Assembly (NCBI GenBank): GCA_016776905.1
Contig: JADHSM010000011.1
Span: forward strand, 41,442 to 105,441
DNA: 64,000 nt
Direction: 5' to 3'
DNA from: Planctomycetota bacterium
GTDB taxonomy: Bacteria; Planctomycetota; UBA8108; UBA1146
Positions 9,908-21,040 of the stretch are shown here, in pieces (position 1 is the stretch's first letter; each line of letters starts with the position of its first letter). Made by a program: the position numbers and the translations under genes. The notes beneath the pieces were generated by a model. That model ran no database searches, was not told the origin of the DNA, and saw only the letters and a program-made list of their open reading frames with translations.

Positions 9908-11314
9908 TTACGCGTTATTGAGGATGAACTCTGTTACCAGCATGAAGGTGATGGCAGCGGTGACATCATTAAAGCTCGTGATAAAAGGGCCTGCGACGAG
10001 TGCAGGATCTAATCCCATCTTTCCGCATAATATCGGGATAGCGGTTCCGAACGCACTCGCGAGTAATATTCCAATTCCTATTCCAGCGGTAACAGCGACA
10101 GGGAACAGTAAGTTTATCTCACCTGTTTGAATCCCGTCGAAAACCAATATCACCGATCCGATGACAAGGCCGATGCTGAGAGCGATCAATAAGCCGATGA
10201 TGACTTCTTGTCGAAAAAGTCGGAGGGTTGATCTACCAATTTCGATATCTCCGACAGCCATTCCTCTTACGACCAGTGTGGCGGATTGAGTTCCTACGCC
10301 CCCTGCGATTCCCATGACGAGAGGAATGAATGCCGCGAGGAGTAATCGGCGATCTGCTGCTGATTCGAGAATCTGGCGAATTGAGCTCGCTTCATCAACA
10401 GGGTGTAGCCAGGCGAGAATAAATCCGCTGATCACAGGCAAGAGAAGCCAGGGTATTCGAACCATGGCACGCTTGAGAATCTTCTGTTGGCTGGGGTGGC
10501 CTTCTGGCGAGCCTGCGATGCGATAGAAGTCTTCGTCTGCTTCTTCCGAGATGACTTGAACGATGTCATCGATCGTTGCCACTCCTAGCAGGTGCTGATC
10601 ATCATCGACGACGGGGATTGCCTTGAGGCCGTAACGTCGAACCAAATTGGCCACTTCTTCTTGGTCGGAATTGACCAGAACTGAAATGACTTCGGTATTC
10701 ATCAAGTTTTCGATTTTGATATCAGGATTACTGCCCAGGAGATCTCGAATTGACACGACGCCCTTGAGGTGCCTTTTTTCATCGATGACGTAAACGTAGT
10801 TTACGACCTCGGAGTCAATTTGAGATTGAACTCGCTGAAGAGACATTCCTGCAGTGGAGTCTGCTTCCGTTGATATGTAATCAAGAGTCATGATTCCACC
10901 CGCAGACTCTGGCGGGTGCTGCATCAAGCGGAGAAGTTCGACAGTTGTTTCGGGATCCATGCCCGCCAACACTTCGCGCCGACGATTCTGTGGCAGTTCA
11001 TTGAGAAGATCGGTGGCTTCGTCGGGGGGCATTTCTTCTAGAATTTCTCTGAGAAGTTCTGAGTCGAGGTGATCGATGATCTGCTCTTGCGAGGTGGCAT
11101 CCGTATCATCGATCACCTCAGCCTGAGCTTCGGTTTCGATGACAGAGAAGACTTTCCTTTTTTGTCGGGGGGAGAGATCGTCGAGAACGACAGCGATGTC
11201 TTCAGAGCGTATTTCTCGAAGGAGATCTCCGAGTTTCTTCTCTGCGTCCGGTGATTCGAGAGCGGCCCTGATTTCTTCTGCCAGCTGGATAGGATCCTGG
11301 GGATGCTGGGACAT
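9908..11314 (-). CDS. mgtE: magnesium transporter MgtE
   Basis: Has the MgtE N-domain, a CBS pair (HLKGVVSIRDLL, LLGVATIDDIV) and a C-terminal five-TM MgtE channel domain. I prefer the ATG at 11312-11314, which is preceded by GAGGAG with a 7-nt spacer. The track GTG at 11329 overlaps that SD. Confidence 0.9.
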   Translation of the reverse strand: MSQHPQDPIQLAEEIRAALESPDAEKKLGDLLREIRSEDIAVVLDDLSPRQKRKVFSVIETEAQAEVIDDTDATSQEQIIDHLDSELLREILEEMPPDEATDLLNELPQNRRREVLAGMDPETTVELLRLMQHPPESAGGIMTLDYISTEADSTAGMSLQRVQSQIDSEVVNYVYVIDEKRHLKGVVSIRDLLGSNPDIKIENLMNTEVISVLVNSDQEEVANLVRRYGLKAIPVVDDDQHLLGVATIDDIVQVISEEADEDFYRIAGSPEGHPSQQKILKRAMVRIPWLLLPVISGFILAWLHPVDEASSIRQILESAADRRLLLAAFIPLVMGIAGGVGTQSATLVVRGMAVGDIEIGRSTLRLFRQEVIIGLLIALSIGLVIGSVILVFDGIQTGEINLLFPVAVTAGIGIGILLASAFGTAIPILCGKMGLDPALVAGPFITSFNDVTAAITFMLVTEFILNNA

Positions 11315-11581
11315 TGTGGCGCTCCTCACGAGACGTTAGGGGACTCAGGAGATGTTGCCCTTCTCGTCAGGAAGATCAACTGTTACGGCGGGATCCACGA
11401 ATCGGATCGCTGGGGACAGGAGAGGAGTCCTGCCACGCTGGCAGATGGGTGTGTCGGGTCTGGCAGGCTCCTGCCAACATGACATGGCTCAGGGGTGTGA
11501 GTGCTGTAGTACTGCCGAAAATATGATTGTAAGGCATTATAAAATAATAACTTAGGGTTATTGCTGTAGAAGGTCGCTCAG

Positions 11582-11597
11582 CGGCACACCCCTTGCG
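11582..11597 (+). promoter_or_regulatory. sigma-54 type -24/-12 promoter candidate
   Basis: cGGCACaccccTTGCg compares well with the consensus TGGCAC-N5-TTGCW. The GG (11583-84) and GC (11595-96) are separated by exactly 10 nt. It lies 105 nt upstream of the receiver gene. Confidence 0.55.
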
Positions 11598-11701
11598 TAT
11601 AGAACTGAGCCTCGGAGTTGGAAATGACGGAAAAGCCCGATTCAGGGAGGCGTTTTCTGATGTTTTCTTCGGTCGGTGGTCTGGGATGAAAAGAGAATGC
11701 G

Positions 11702-12157
11702 ATGACTTTTCCCCGTTCCGAATCTGACCGTTGGCGTGTCCTGCTCGCGGATGACGACGATGGAGTCCGTGGCAGTCTTGCTGCCTTGCTCGACAAGGAT
11801 GGCTTTGACACTCAGGAGGTGCGAGGCGGTGAAGAGGCGATGACGTTCCTGAGACGGGACTGGAATGCCTCACAGAAGAGTTCGGGTGATCCGGCGAAAT
11901 CATCAGTAGCGACGACTATTGATCTGATGATTCTCGACGTTCATATGCCCGATCTGACAGGTGTCGAAGTGCTGCGAAAGGTCCGCCAGGAATTGTGCTG
12001 GTCCTTGCCGACACTTTTTGTCAGTGGTGAAGCAAGTATAGAGTTACACGAGGAAGTGAAGTCCGTGGGAGGGTTCGCGTTGTTGTCAAAGCCGGTGATG
12101 CCGGCTGTCTTCAGAGGCAACGTGCAAGATCTGGTGCGGACCTTTCTTCTGGATTGA
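11702..12157 (+). CDS. single-domain response regulator (CheY-like receiver)
   Basis: Contains VLLADDDDGVRGSL...DLMILDVHMPDLTGVEVL...FVSG...KP, giving the acidic pocket, the phospho-acceptor Asp and the conserved Lys. Confidence 0.85.
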   Translation: MTFPRSESDRWRVLLADDDDGVRGSLAALLDKDGFDTQEVRGGEEAMTFLRRDWNASQKSSGDPAKSSVATTIDLMILDVHMPDLTGVEVLRKVRQELCWSLPTLFVSGEASIELHEEVKSVGGFALLSKPVMPAVFRGNVQDLVRTFLLD

Positions 12158-12214
12158 AAATTGAACTGTTAGTCATGTGTATGCCCCAAGGGCATGAGAA
12201 AGGGAGGGACTCCA

Positions 12215-12511
12215 ATGTCCAAACTTAATCTTCGTCCGCTCAACGACAAGATCGTTGTCAAGCGGCTCGAAGCCCAAGAAAAGTCACCTGGTGGGATCTT
12301 CTTGCCAGATAATGCCAAGGAAAAGCCACGTGAAGGCAAAGTCATGGCACTTGGAGATGGCAAGCTTCTCAAAGACGGCAACCGCGCGAACTTCCAAGTG
12401 AAGAAGAACGATGTTGTCATCTTTAGTGCTTATGCAGGAACTGAGATCAAAGTCGAGGGTCAGGAATACCTGATCATGAGCGAGGATGATGTTCTCGCCA
12501 TTTGTGACTGA
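12215..12511 (+). CDS. groES: co-chaperonin GroES
   Basis: Starts MSKLNLRPLNDKIVVKRLEAQEKSPGGIFLPDNAKEKPREGKVMALGDG. The ATG at 12215 is preceded by the SD sequence AAGGGAGGG. Confidence 0.95.
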   Translation: MSKLNLRPLNDKIVVKRLEAQEKSPGGIFLPDNAKEKPREGKVMALGDGKLLKDGNRANFQVKKNDVVIFSAYAGTEIKVEGQEYLIMSEDDVLAICD

Positions 12512-12583
12512 TTAATTCGATTAACCCGGTCGCCGGATCAATGAGATCCATAAAGGTGACCCGAAACGAGAGGAACCGACACG

Positions 12584-14242
<1,659 letters not shown>

Positions 14243-14274
14243 CCGACCGTTTCATCTGAAGCGATTGCGAATTG

Positions 14275-14315
14275 AAGAGGCCCCGTGGAGTTCACTCCGC
14301 GGGGCCTCTTTTTTG
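14275..14315 (+). terminator. rho-independent terminator after groEL
   Basis: GAGGCCCCG (14277-85) pairs with CGGGGCCTC (14300-08) and is followed by TTTTTT. Confidence 0.8.
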
Positions 14316-14343
14316 TTGAATCTTGGGAGTGCCTCAGCGGGGT

Positions 14344-14598
14344 TCAGTCATCAGCTCGTTGGGTGGAGAGGTGCCGGTGGTAAATAAGGATGGAAAGACG
14401 GATACCCACCACCAACCCGAAAAGCAGGCTGCCTAATACTAGGAAGATAATGGTATACATGTCAGGGGGAAGGAAGCCGATTCCGTAACCGTCGCGCGGG
14501 TTTTTCCACCGATAGAGCAATCCGGTCAGACCCCAGCAGGCTGCGGAAAAAATCAAAGGCTGGATGAAGATCAGAAGCCACAGCAGAAGTTTTTTCAA
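14344..14598 (-). CDS. small hydrophobic membrane protein, unknown function
   Basis: 84-aa ORF with two or three predicted TM stretches. It lies 27 nt downstream of the helicase gene on the same strand. Confidence 0.45.
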   Translation of the reverse strand: MKKLLLWLLIFIQPLIFSAACWGLTGLLYRWKNPRDGYGIGFLPPDMYTIIFLVLGSLLFGLVVGIRLSILIYHRHLSTQRADD

Positions 14599-14625
14599 TG
14601 GGTACCCTTTGAGGATTCCAGAAAT

Positions 14626-16059
14626 TTAGCGCCCGGGTTTGCTTCTGCGATTTCTGTTTCCGCCACTATTTCCACCACCGGGGCGAGGTCCACCGCCGGA
14701 GCGAGGTCCACCACCGGAGCGAGGTCCACCGCCGGAGCGAGGTCCACCACCGGAGCGAGATCCACCATGTCGGCCCCCAGAGGAGGGACGGGGTCTGCGT
14801 GGGCGACTCCCCGGTTCAGGTCGGATACCAGAAGGGGGTGTCCACTCTTTCTCCGTGATATCGAAACCGGTTTCACGAGTGATGCGATCCCAAGACAGTT
14901 TGTCTGCAGGGTCAACGAGGCTGAAAGTCTCGCCCTTTGCTCCAGCTCGTCCTGTACGACCAATACGATGGACGTAGGTCTCGACTTCATCGGGGATGTC
15001 GTAGTTGATGACACGAGCGACGGCTTCGACATCGAGGCCTCTAGCGGCGACATCTGTAGCGACCAAGGTCGTAATCTGTCGATCTCGAAAGCCTTCGAGA
15101 ACTTTGAAGCGGCGTTCCTGGTCATGATCCCCGTGAAGGGATCCTGCGGGAAAGCCTCGGCCCCAAAGGTCTCTATCGAGCTCAATGACAGCACGTCGTG
15201 TGTTGCAGAAAATGATACAAGTTTCATTCGGGTGCTGATTCAGGATCTCGTGGATCCAGTACTTTTTGGTCCAGTCCTGACAGCGGATGTACTTTTGGTC
15301 AATTTCTGGGACGGTGGCCATCTCGCTGATTGTGGAGATGGTTTCCGGATCTTTCATGAATCGGCGAGTGAGCGATTTGATCTTGGGCGGAAGAGTCGCT
15401 GAAAAGAGGCACGTTTGTCGTTCGGGTGGCGTGTGTTGGAGAATGTCATTGACGTCGTCAATGAATCCCATGTCGAGCATTCGGTCTGCTTCATCCAGAA
15501 CGACGTGTTCTACCCAGCCCAGACGGATCTTTCCACTCTTGAGGAAATCAAGAACGCGACCGGGAGTTCCGACAACCATTTGTGCGCCGCGCCTCAACTG
15601 CATCAATTGTTGAGCAGCATGAATGCCGCCCACTACAAGGGCGACTCGAATACCCACGGCTTCTCCAAGTTTGGAGGCCACTTCTTCGACTTGTTGAGCC
15701 AACTCGCGTGTGGGGCAGAGAACGAGAGCTTGAATGCCGACTCGTTCAGGATCAAGTTTCCCCATGATAGGTGCAGTAAAGGCGAGAGTTTTCCCGGTTC
15801 CTGTTTCTGCTTTTCCAATGAGATCCAATCCCTTTATTGCGACGGGAATGGAGAGTTCTTGGATAGGAGTCGGGAATTTGAAACCCAACTTGAGCAGTTG
15901 GTCCTGGATTTCAGTGGGAAGCGGGAGATCAGTGAACTGAGTCTTCGACTCTTCTTCTTTTATCTCCTCCTCATTCACAACCTCCTCTTTGGGAGGGTCG
16001 GAATCAGGTTCATCAAGGCCAGAGAGGAAATCGTCACCATTCGTGGGGGTATTGTTCAT
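14626..16059 (-). CDS. DEAD-box ATP-dependent RNA helicase with a C-terminal RGG/GGPRSG repeat tail
   Basis: Has the Q motif (F..PTPIQ), AETGTGKT, DEAD, SAT and HRIGRTGRAG. The tail is (GGPRSG)x4 followed by an Arg/Gly-rich end. Confidence 0.95.
   Translation of the reverse strand: MNNTPTNGDDFLSGLDEPDSDPPKEEVVNEEEIKEEESKTQFTDLPLPTEIQDQLLKLGFKFPTPIQELSIPVAIKGLDLIGKAETGTGKTLAFTAPIMGKLDPERVGIQALVLCPTRELAQQVEEVASKLGEAVGIRVALVVGGIHAAQQLMQLRRGAQMVVGTPGRVLDFLKSGKIRLGWVEHVVLDEADRMLDMGFIDDVNDILQHTPPERQTCLFSATLPPKIKSLTRRFMKDPETISTISEMATVPEIDQKYIRCQDWTKKYWIHEILNQHPNETCIIFCNTRRAVIELDRDLWGRGFPAGSLHGDHDQERRFKVLEGFRDRQITTLVATDVAARGLDVEAVARVINYDIPDEVETYVHRIGRTGRAGAKGETFSLVDPADKLSWDRITRETGFDITEKEWTPPSGIRPEPGSRPRRPRPSSGGRHGGSRSGGGPRSGGGPRSGGGPRSGGGPRPGGGNSGGNRNRRSKPGR
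14683..14769 (-). repeat. 18-bp tandem repeat (about 4.5 copies) inside the helicase gene
   Basis: The unit GCGAGGTCCACCRCCGGA recurs at 14683, 14701, 14719 and 14737. It encodes the GGPRSG repeats. Confidence 0.9.
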
Positions 16060-16253
16060 AGGAGTATTGTAAGGCTATGACCCTATAAAGGACATCGGAC
16101 CTGAGGATTTCCTCGCGTTGTACTGTAGACAGGGGATGGCTCTGATATGATCAAGGGGACCGAAGATCGAAATACGGTACTGTGAGCGCAGTTCGGGGAT
16201 CATTCGAGTCGACCAAAAAGAATCAAGAATTTCAGTGCAAGGGTGTTAGAATC

Positions 16254-17576
16254 ATGAAGATCACAGTGGTTGGAACTGGATATGTCGGACTTGTCACCGG
16301 AACCTGTTTTGCCGAAAGCGGCAATCAGGTCATCTGCGTCGACAATGACCACCAAAAAGTGGAGGACCTTCAGGCCGGCAAGATTCCTATTTATGAGCCG
16401 GGTCTCGAAGAACTTGTCGACAGAAATGTCAAAGGAGGTCGCCTCCATTTCACAACTGATTTGGCGAGTGCTGTCTCCGAATCAGAGATCACATTCATCG
16501 CAGTGGGAACTCCCCAATCAGATGATGGTTCTTGTGATTTAACTGCTGTAAAAATCGTTGCTGCAGAAATTGGCGCAGCCATGACCGGACCTCAAATTAT
16601 CGTCAACAAATCGACAGTTCCTGTCGGTACGGCTGATCTTGTGACGACCATTCTTAAATCGAAGACTGAGTTTCAGGTAGAAGTTGTTTCGAACCCCGAG
16701 TTCCTGAAAGAAGGAGCCGCGATCGATGACTTTATGAAACCTGACCGAGTTGTCATCGGCACGAACAGCATAGAGGCTTCAGAGAAGATGAAGGATCTAT
16801 ACTCACCATTTGTAAGGACAGGAAAGCCTTTGATGGTGATGGACCCACCTTCCGCTGAACTGACGAAGTATGCCTCTAACGCGATGCTCGCAACCAAGAT
16901 TTCATTTATGAATGAACTCTCTAGGTTGAGTGAGCTTGTGGGAGCAGATATTTCAAAGGTTCGTCAAGGAATGGGAACGGACAGCAGAATCGGGCAGCAC
17001 TTCCTCTTCCCAGGTGTGGGTTATGGAGGCTCTTGTTTCCCGAAAGATATCAAAGCGCTTTCTCACTTAGGAAAAGAAAACGAACTTCAACTCGAGATTT
17101 TGGCTGCGGTGGATTCTGTGAATGATTCACAGAAGAAAGTGCTCTCAGAAAAAGTGGTTCGCCGATTTGGTGACGATCTCTCAGGTCACTGCTTTGGGAT
17201 CTGGGGGCTGGCCTTTAAGCCCAAAACCGACGATATGCGAGAAGCACCCTCGATCGTCATTATCGAAGAGCTTCTTCGTCGAGGTGCGACTGTTCGCGCT
17301 CATGACCCCGAGGCTCTCGAAACAACGCGGGATATCCTGGGTGACCGGATAGAGTACTGTACCGATCCATATAAGGCCCTCGACGGTGCGACAGCATTGT
17401 TGTTGGTCACAGAATGGAACGAGTATCGTAGGCCCGATTTTGATCAGATTCGTAATCTTCTCAAAGAGCAGGTGCTCTTTGATGGCAGAAATATTTGGAG
17501 TGCTGATCTTATTGAGAAGCACGATTTTGAGTACTACGGCATAGGAATGCGAGGTTCTCGAAATGTCCAGAAGTAG
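16254..17576 (+). CDS. ugd: UDP-glucose 6-dehydrogenase
   Basis: Contains [16 protein letters not shown] (Rossmann fold), [14 protein letters not shown] and GGSCFPKD (catalytic Cys). I prefer the ATG at 16254 over the track start at 16182. Confidence 0.9.
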   Translation: MKITVVGTGYVGLVTGTCFAESGNQVICVDNDHQKVEDLQAGKIPIYEPGLEELVDRNVKGGRLHFTTDLASAVSESEITFIAVGTPQSDDGSCDLTAVKIVAAEIGAAMTGPQIIVNKSTVPVGTADLVTTILKSKTEFQVEVVSNPEFLKEGAAIDDFMKPDRVVIGTNSIEASEKMKDLYSPFVRTGKPLMVMDPPSAELTKYASNAMLATKISFMNELSRLSELVGADISKVRQGMGTDSRIGQHFLFPGVGYGGSCFPKDIKALSHLGKENELQLEILAAVDSVNDSQKKVLSEKVVRRFGDDLSGHCFGIWGLAFKPKTDDMREAPSIVIIEELLRRGATVRAHDPEALETTRDILGDRIEYCTDPYKALDGATALLLVTEWNEYRRPDFDQIRNLLKEQVLFDGRNIWSADLIEKHDFEYYGIGMRGSRNVQK

Positions 17577-18537
17577 AGTTCTCATCACTGGCGGCGCTGG
17601 ATTTATTGGATCCCATTTGGCAGACCTTTTTCTCTCGAGAGATTGGGATGTTGTGGTGATGGATAATCTCCTCACCGGAGATCTGAAAAATATTGAGCAT
17701 TTGATCGGTAAGCCAGAGTTTCAATTTTTCAAGCAAGACGTGACGGAATACATACATGTGTCTGGGAAAATTGATGCCATTCTTCATTTCGCATCTCCTG
17801 CCAGTCCTATTGACTATCAAGAGTATCCGATCCAAACCTTGAAGGCGGGGTCCCTCGGCACTCATAAGGCATTAGGCCTCGCGCGCAGTTGCGGCGCTAA
17901 GTTCCTCTTGGCGAGTACGAGTGAAGTGTATGGAGATCCCCAGATTCATCCGCAACCGGAGAGCTACTGGGGCAATGTCAATCCCATTGGCGTCAGGGGC
18001 GTTTACGATGAGGCGAAGCGTTTTGCCGAAGCCATGACCTTGGCGTATCACCGCGCTCATGGCGTCGATACTCGTATCGTCAGGATTTTCAACACATATG
18101 GATCTCGAATGCGTCTCAATGACGGAAGAGCACTTCCTAATTTTGTTTGCCAGGCGATTCGTGGAGAAGCATTGACGGTATACGGCGATGGGTCTCAGAC
18201 TCGTTCCTTCTGTCATGTCTCTGATCTTATTGAGGGAATCTGGAAAATTCTTCACTCGAACACGCATGATCCTGTCAATATCGGTAATCCCAATGAGATT
18301 CCGATTACGGAGTTTGCTCGTAAAGTGCTCTCTGCGACCGGTTCGTCTAGCGCGATAAAGAATCATCCTCTTCCAGAAGATGATCCTCAGGTCAGACAGC
18401 CAGATATCAGCAGGGCTCGGGAGATTCTTGGCTGGGAGCCAGCAGTGTCTCTTGAGGAGGGACTGCGCATGACGGTTCCGTACTTTGAGGAGAAGATCAG
18501 ACAACTCGGAAACGAGACTCTTTCAGTTCCCGAATAA
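17563..18537 (+). CDS. UDP-glucuronate decarboxylase (UDP-xylose synthase), extended SDR
   Basis: Contains [27 protein letters not shown] and [10 protein letters not shown]. It overlaps ugd by 14 nt. Confidence 0.85.
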   Translation: MSRSRVLITGGAGFIGSHLADLFLSRDWDVVVMDNLLTGDLKNIEHLIGKPEFQFFKQDVTEYIHVSGKIDAILHFASPASPIDYQEYPIQTLKAGSLGTHKALGLARSCGAKFLLASTSEVYGDPQIHPQPESYWGNVNPIGVRGVYDEAKRFAEAMTLAYHRAHGVDTRIVRIFNTYGSRMRLNDGRALPNFVCQAIRGEALTVYGDGSQTRSFCHVSDLIEGIWKILHSNTHDPVNIGNPNEIPITEFARKVLSATGSSSAIKNHPLPEDDPQVRQPDISRAREILGWEPAVSLEEGLRMTVPYFEEKIRQLGNETLSVPE

Positions 18538-18557
18538 CCGATCAGGAGGGCTAGACC

Positions 18558-19418
18558 TTGGATCGTTTGAACACTGTTCTGATTCTCGGTGATCCCGGGA
18601 ATGACTCAGGCCTGAATTATCTGAAGACGCTGATTCCTGTTTTTAAAGAAAATGGGATAGAAGCCCGTCTTGAGGAGATCTCCCTCAAAGACTCTTCGAC
18701 TCCGGCACCTGAACTCGACGGAGTAGATCTCATCGTTGTCGCAGGGGGCGATGGGGCATTGATGTCTCTTCTCAGAATGTTGAATCATCCCGCTATTCCG
18801 GTTTATGGGATCAACTTTGGACGCGTTGGGTTCTTGATGAATCCTGCTCGCGAAGCACATGAAGTTGTCGGTCAAATCATTTCAGGGAGTTGTGTTCAAC
18901 AGCACCTCCCCGTTCTGGAAGCGACCTGGAAAACGACAACGGGTGAATCCGGATCTGCGGCGGGGGTCAATGACGTCGTCCTCGAAAGAGCATCGGGCCA
19001 AACGGTCCATCTTGATGTGTTTATTGATGGAGTACGCCTCAATGCATATTCGGGAGATGGAATGATTGTGGCAACTCCAGCAGGGTCGACCGCATATTCG
19101 CTAGCGGCTGGAGGCCCTGTTATCCATCCGGACGTGGTAGGAATATTGGCAACACCACTCAATGCTCATCGCCCGGTTCAATTCCATTCACTCCAGTTTC
19201 CAGTGGTATTACCCCTTAAGACAACGATTCGTCTCGTGGGTAAAGGCGTCGACAAGAGACCGATTCGATTGGTTGTCGATGGTGAAGCGAACATGGATAT
19301 ACAGGAATTGAGTGTCAGTGCTCGAGGAGATTTCGTGACTCTCCTGAGACTGGAAGGGTATCAATATGTGAAGGGACTTGTCTCCCGGATCATTGGCGAA
19401 GTCGGTGACGACGTTTAG
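18558..19418 (+). CDS. nadK: NAD kinase
   Basis: Contains GGDGALM, NFGRVGFL, NDVVLE and DGMIVATPAGSTAYSLAAGGP. The start is TTG. Confidence 0.9.
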   Translation: MDRLNTVLILGDPGNDSGLNYLKTLIPVFKENGIEARLEEISLKDSSTPAPELDGVDLIVVAGGDGALMSLLRMLNHPAIPVYGINFGRVGFLMNPAREAHEVVGQIISGSCVQQHLPVLEATWKTTTGESGSAAGVNDVVLERASGQTVHLDVFIDGVRLNAYSGDGMIVATPAGSTAYSLAAGGPVIHPDVVGILATPLNAHRPVQFHSLQFPVVLPLKTTIRLVGKGVDKRPIRLVVDGEANMDIQELSVSARGDFVTLLRLEGYQYVKGLVSRIIGEVGDDV

Positions 19419-19468
19419 TTCGTTCATGTACCTTCTGAAAAGCACTCCTAATTCGTGATCGAGGAAAA

Positions 19469-21040
19469 ATGCCATCTGAGTTTGATGAGATATTCTCTCT
19501 GTTGGCAAATCAGCGGAAAAATAAGCGAAGTCTGACTCTCTTGTTCAGTCGTATTCTCGATATTTTCAAGACAGTAAAAACTGCTGAACGTGCATTCCTC
19601 GTCAGTCTTTCCGATAGCGGAGATTACAGATTGTGGTGTTCTTCCGATGGCGGAGGACGACAAGTCCCTGACGCTGGAAGATCAATCTCCAATCACGCAT
19701 TTATGACGGCATTGGAATCTGGAAAAGAAACTCTCTTCAAAGAAACTCAAATGGATCGCCGTTTCAGAACAAATGCAGAACATTCTGATGGCGCAAGAGT
19801 CCAGTGGATCGAAGTGATTCCCGTGGGAGGGAAAGAACTGGCCACAGCGATCTATCTCGACTCGAGGTATGCCCGATCTGAATCAGATTTTTCTCTGACT
19901 GAGAGACATATGGGTCTTCTCGAATTGATTCAACTGTTAATGATTCAGGGGCAGCGCACAGATACGCCAAAGGTCGGCGATAATAAGGGTTCCGCAGTAA
20001 AGATAGAGGTGCCCGAAGTCGGCGAGGGCCAAAAGATTCCTCATATCCCTGCCGGGAAGATATGTAAGTTTGGATCTTTTTTGACGCGATCAGTGAGATT
20101 AGGGAAATCTCTTGAAGAGCTGAAAAAAATCACCACTTCAAAGATCTCAGTGCTTCTTTCTGGTGAGAGCGGTACCGGAAAAGAATTGTTGGCTCAGACG
20201 ATTCATGAAGAGAGCGGGAGAGTCGGGCAGTTTTTTACTCTTCATTGTGGTTCTGTGAATGAAACTCTTGCCGAAGTAGAGCTCTTCGGGCATGAGAAGG
20301 GCGCATTTACGGATGCCGTAAAAGAGAGAAGAGGCATCGTTGAGGCAGCAGATAAAGGAACATTATTTCTAGATGCCATCGATGAAGCATCGCCAACCTT
20401 GCAGGCGGTATTGCTCAGTTACTTGCAAACCGGACAGTTTCGAAGAGTCGGAGGTGAGCAAGATAGGGAGACAGATGTCAGAATATTGGCATCGGTCGGA
20501 GGAGCAAAGGCGAGTGAGTCGCTCCGAGATGATTTATTATATCGTCTCGCAGGATTCCAATTTCAACTCACACCTCTACGCGATCGTCCTGAAGACGTGC
20601 TTCTGATATTGGATTACCTTTTGGAATCTGACGGGTATGTCGCCAATATTAAGCCGGAGATTCAAGCGTTATTAATGACTCAACCGTGGCCTGGGAATGG
20701 TTGGCAGCTCAAGCATCTGGCTCGCCATATGGTGGCCAAGGCTGACATGGAACTCTCACAGGAAACGCTCTCCTCGGTATTGGGTCCTCTTGATTTTGAA
20801 GAGGCCCCCGCGAGTGATCAGAGAACTGCACCTGTTGGAGAGTTGTTGGGCTTGGCGGAGAGAGAACTGATTCTTAGGGCGTTGAAAGAGACCGCCGGCA
20901 ATAAAACAGAGGCTTGTAAGAGATTGGGAATCTCCAGACGAACTTTATATCGTCGAATGGAGAAGCACGGCATGACTTCGAAGGATGATGCTTCGAAGGG
21001 CGATGCTTCGATAGATGATCCACCGGTCCCGCTGGATTGA
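19469..21040 (+). CDS. sigma-54-dependent transcriptional activator with a GAF-like N-terminal sensor
   Basis: Contains Walker A GESGTGKEL, ELFGHEKGAFTDA and Walker B LFLDAIDEA, plus a C-terminal HTH GNKTEACKRLGISRRTLYRRM. Confidence 0.9.
   Translation: MPSEFDEIFSLLANQRKNKRSLTLLFSRILDIFKTVKTAERAFLVSLSDSGDYRLWCSSDGGGRQVPDAGRSISNHAFMTALESGKETLFKETQMDRRFRTNAEHSDGARVQWIEVIPVGGKELATAIYLDSRYARSESDFSLTERHMGLLELIQLLMIQGQRTDTPKVGDNKGSAVKIEVPEVGEGQKIPHIPAGKICKFGSFLTRSVRLGKSLEELKKITTSKISVLLSGESGTGKELLAQTIHEESGRVGQFFTLHCGSVNETLAEVELFGHEKGAFTDAVKERRGIVEAADKGTLFLDAIDEASPTLQAVLLSYLQTGQFRRVGGEQDRETDVRILASVGGAKASESLRDDLLYRLAGFQFQLTPLRDRPEDVLLILDYLLESDGYVANIKPEIQALLMTQPWPGNGWQLKHLARHMVAKADMELSQETLSSVLGPLDFEEAPASDQRTAPVGELLGLAERELILRALKETAGNKTEACKRLGISRRTLYRRMEKHGMTSKDDASKGDASIDDPPVPLD

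Noticed and set aside
11461-11476. Palindromic TGGCAGGCTCCTGCCA as a sigma-54 promoter
   Set aside because: The GG and GC elements are 9 nt apart rather than the required 10, and the -12 element reads TGCC rather than TTGC. It is better explained as part of the leader hairpins.
11330-11560. M-box (ykoK) Mg2+ riboswitch upstream of mgtE
   Set aside because: On the mgtE-sense (minus) strand I cannot find the conserved M-box blocks (GUUAGGUGAGGCUCC, GGGUCAACAG, GUGCUAAAGCUCUACG). A GUUAGGGGACUCAGG-like string does exist, but on the plus strand, antisense to mgtE and overlapping its start, so it cannot serve as a 5' leader. The final word needs an Rfam covariance-model scan.
11376-11903. 175-aa minus-strand ORF spanning the mgtE / response-regulator intergenic region
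   Set aside because: It has Pro/Ser/Arg/His-rich low-complexity sequence and overlaps both the sigma-54 promoter candidate and the 5' end of the well-supported receiver gene. It is a typical shadow ORF.
12158-12583. CIRCE/HrcA operator at groES-groEL
   Set aside because: No TTAGCACTC-N9-GAGTGCTAA-like inverted repeat is present upstream of groES or in the groES-groEL spacer. Only a short ATGCCC-caa-GGGCAT hairpin is present, at about 12181-12195.
14595-16080. Long alternative-frame and antisense ORFs across the helicase gene (14595..15227, 14767..15402, 15415..16080 and others)
   Set aside because: They overlap a helicase ORF that contains every DEAD-box motif. Their translations are low-complexity or repeat shadows (for example PPPERGPPPERG from the RGG repeat).
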